From assembly GCA_964524065.1 (NCBI GenBank), contig CAZGCB010000001.1:16006-80005 (forward strand): a stretch of 64,000 nucleotides of DNA. Reading direction: 5' to 3'. Shown here piece after piece: positions 63,396 to 64,000 of this stretch. The notes under the pieces were generated by a model. That model had not been told where the DNA came from, did not search any database, and was given only the letters and a program-made list of their open reading frames with translations. Both the position numbers and the translations under genes were made by a program. The DNA is from an uncultured Caulobacterales bacterium. GTDB taxonomy: Bacteria; Pseudomonadota; Alphaproteobacteria; Caulobacterales; Maricaulaceae. The stretch's first letter is position 1, and each line of letters begins with the position of its first letter.

Positions 63396-64000
63396 TCAGC
63401 CCGCCGCCTCATCGCCCCAAATCTCGTCCAGCCGACGGTCCTGGCCGCACCCCGCGCGATACAAGCGATAGCGCAAAGCGTTGACTTCAAAGAAATCCTG
63501 ATGGCTGACATCCGCCGGCCAAAAGGGCGACGCGTCACGAATGTCCGTCACCACACGCGCGACACGCCCGCTGGCCAGCAGCGCAGCCTTACTGGCTTCA
63601 GCAGCGGCGCGCTCCTGCGCATCGCCAACAAAAATCGCCGTGCGATACCAGGCGCCCTTGTCGCAGAATTGCCCGCGATCATCCTCCGGATCGATGTTGC
63701 GCCAGTAAATCTCCAAAAGACGCTCATAGCTGATGATGTTCGGGTCATAGCTGACCTCAACCGCCTCCAGATGGCTGGTGCGGCCCGACACCACAGCCTC
63801 ATAGCTGGGGTTTTCTTGGGCGCCGCCACTGAAACCGGACACCACGGCGCTGACGCCGTCAAACCCCTGGAACGCCGCCTCCATGCACCAAAAGCACCCG
63901 CCGGCGAACACCGCTTTGGCGGCGCCATTGGCGGTGTCTTCCGCGCTCACGGCGACGGGGCTAAGCGCCGTCACCACAAGGGCCCACAGGCCCCCGATCC
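63396..64000 (-). CDS. msrA: Peptide-methionine (S)-S-oxide reductase MsrA. Its 5' end runs past the window.
   Basis: AVFAGGCFWCMEAAFQ active site. The frame stays open upstream of the track start and reads like a signal peptide (..IGGLWALVVTALSPVAVSA). Confidence 0.9.
   Translation of the reverse strand, partial: IGGLWALVVTALSPVAVSAEDTANGAAKAVFAGGCFWCMEAAFQGFDGVSAVVSGFSGGAQENPSYEAVVSGRTSHLEAVEVSYDPNIISYERLLEIYWRNIDPEDDRGQFCDKGAWYRTAIFVGDAQERAAAEASKAALLASGRVARVVTDIRDASPFWPADVSHQDFFEVNALRYRLYRAGCGQDRRLDEIWGDEAAG

Noticed and set aside
1-64000. Search for mobile elements, prophage, defence systems, CRISPR arrays, rRNA and tRNA genes
   Set aside because: I recognised no transposase, integrase, recombinase, restriction, helicase-nuclease or Cas-like ORFs. 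I saw no inverted terminal repeats, no tRNA-like cloverleaf candidates in the intergenic regions and no large compositional island. All intergenic gaps are under 350 bp.

Overview
High-GC, gene-dense alphaproteobacterial chromosomal window. I found no rRNA, tRNA, CRISPR array, transposase or integrase. The gene order fliX/flgI-cheL-flbY and flbT-flaF, together with several flagellins of about 275 aa, suggests a Caulobacterales-like (Maricaulis/Hyphomonas-type) organism. All protein-family calls come from motif recognition by eye, not from searches.

Content in order:
1. znuA and znuC-znuB-zur zinc uptake locus, with a candidate Zur palindrome.
2. A NodIJ-like ABC-2 exporter, convergent with a translationally coupled opgH / FkbM-methyltransferase pair.
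3. A compact orphan cluster: GTP cyclohydrolase II, RibD-C reductase, a degenerate PTPS/QueD-like protein, an MDR dehydrogenase, a GT4 glycosyltransferase, a methyltransferase and cytochrome b561.
4. rpmB.
5. A long minus-strand core block: ftsH-tilS, cpoB-pal-tolB-tolA-tolR-tolQ-ybgC, ruvB-ruvA-ruvC, rimM-rpsP-ffh. Three accessory genes are inserted in it.
6. dksA.
7. A Caulobacter-type flagellar region: fliX, flgI-cheL-flbY, a 925-aa beta-propeller protein, a nonulosonic-acid sugar operon divergent from pseB/flmA, three flagellins, flaG, flaF, flbT and a TPR-glycosyltransferase. It is interrupted by fabI, a P-type ATPase and a periplasmic protein with four EF-hands.
8. A hybrid histidine kinase with a solute:sodium symporter (SSS) domain, speH, a GT39 transferase and msrA.

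The two best candidates for undescribed biology:
- The orphan GTP-derived tailoring cluster (7588-13443).
- The 925-aa flagellar-locus protein with six beta-propeller repeats, no signal peptide and a flagellin-like C-terminal tail (36522-39299).
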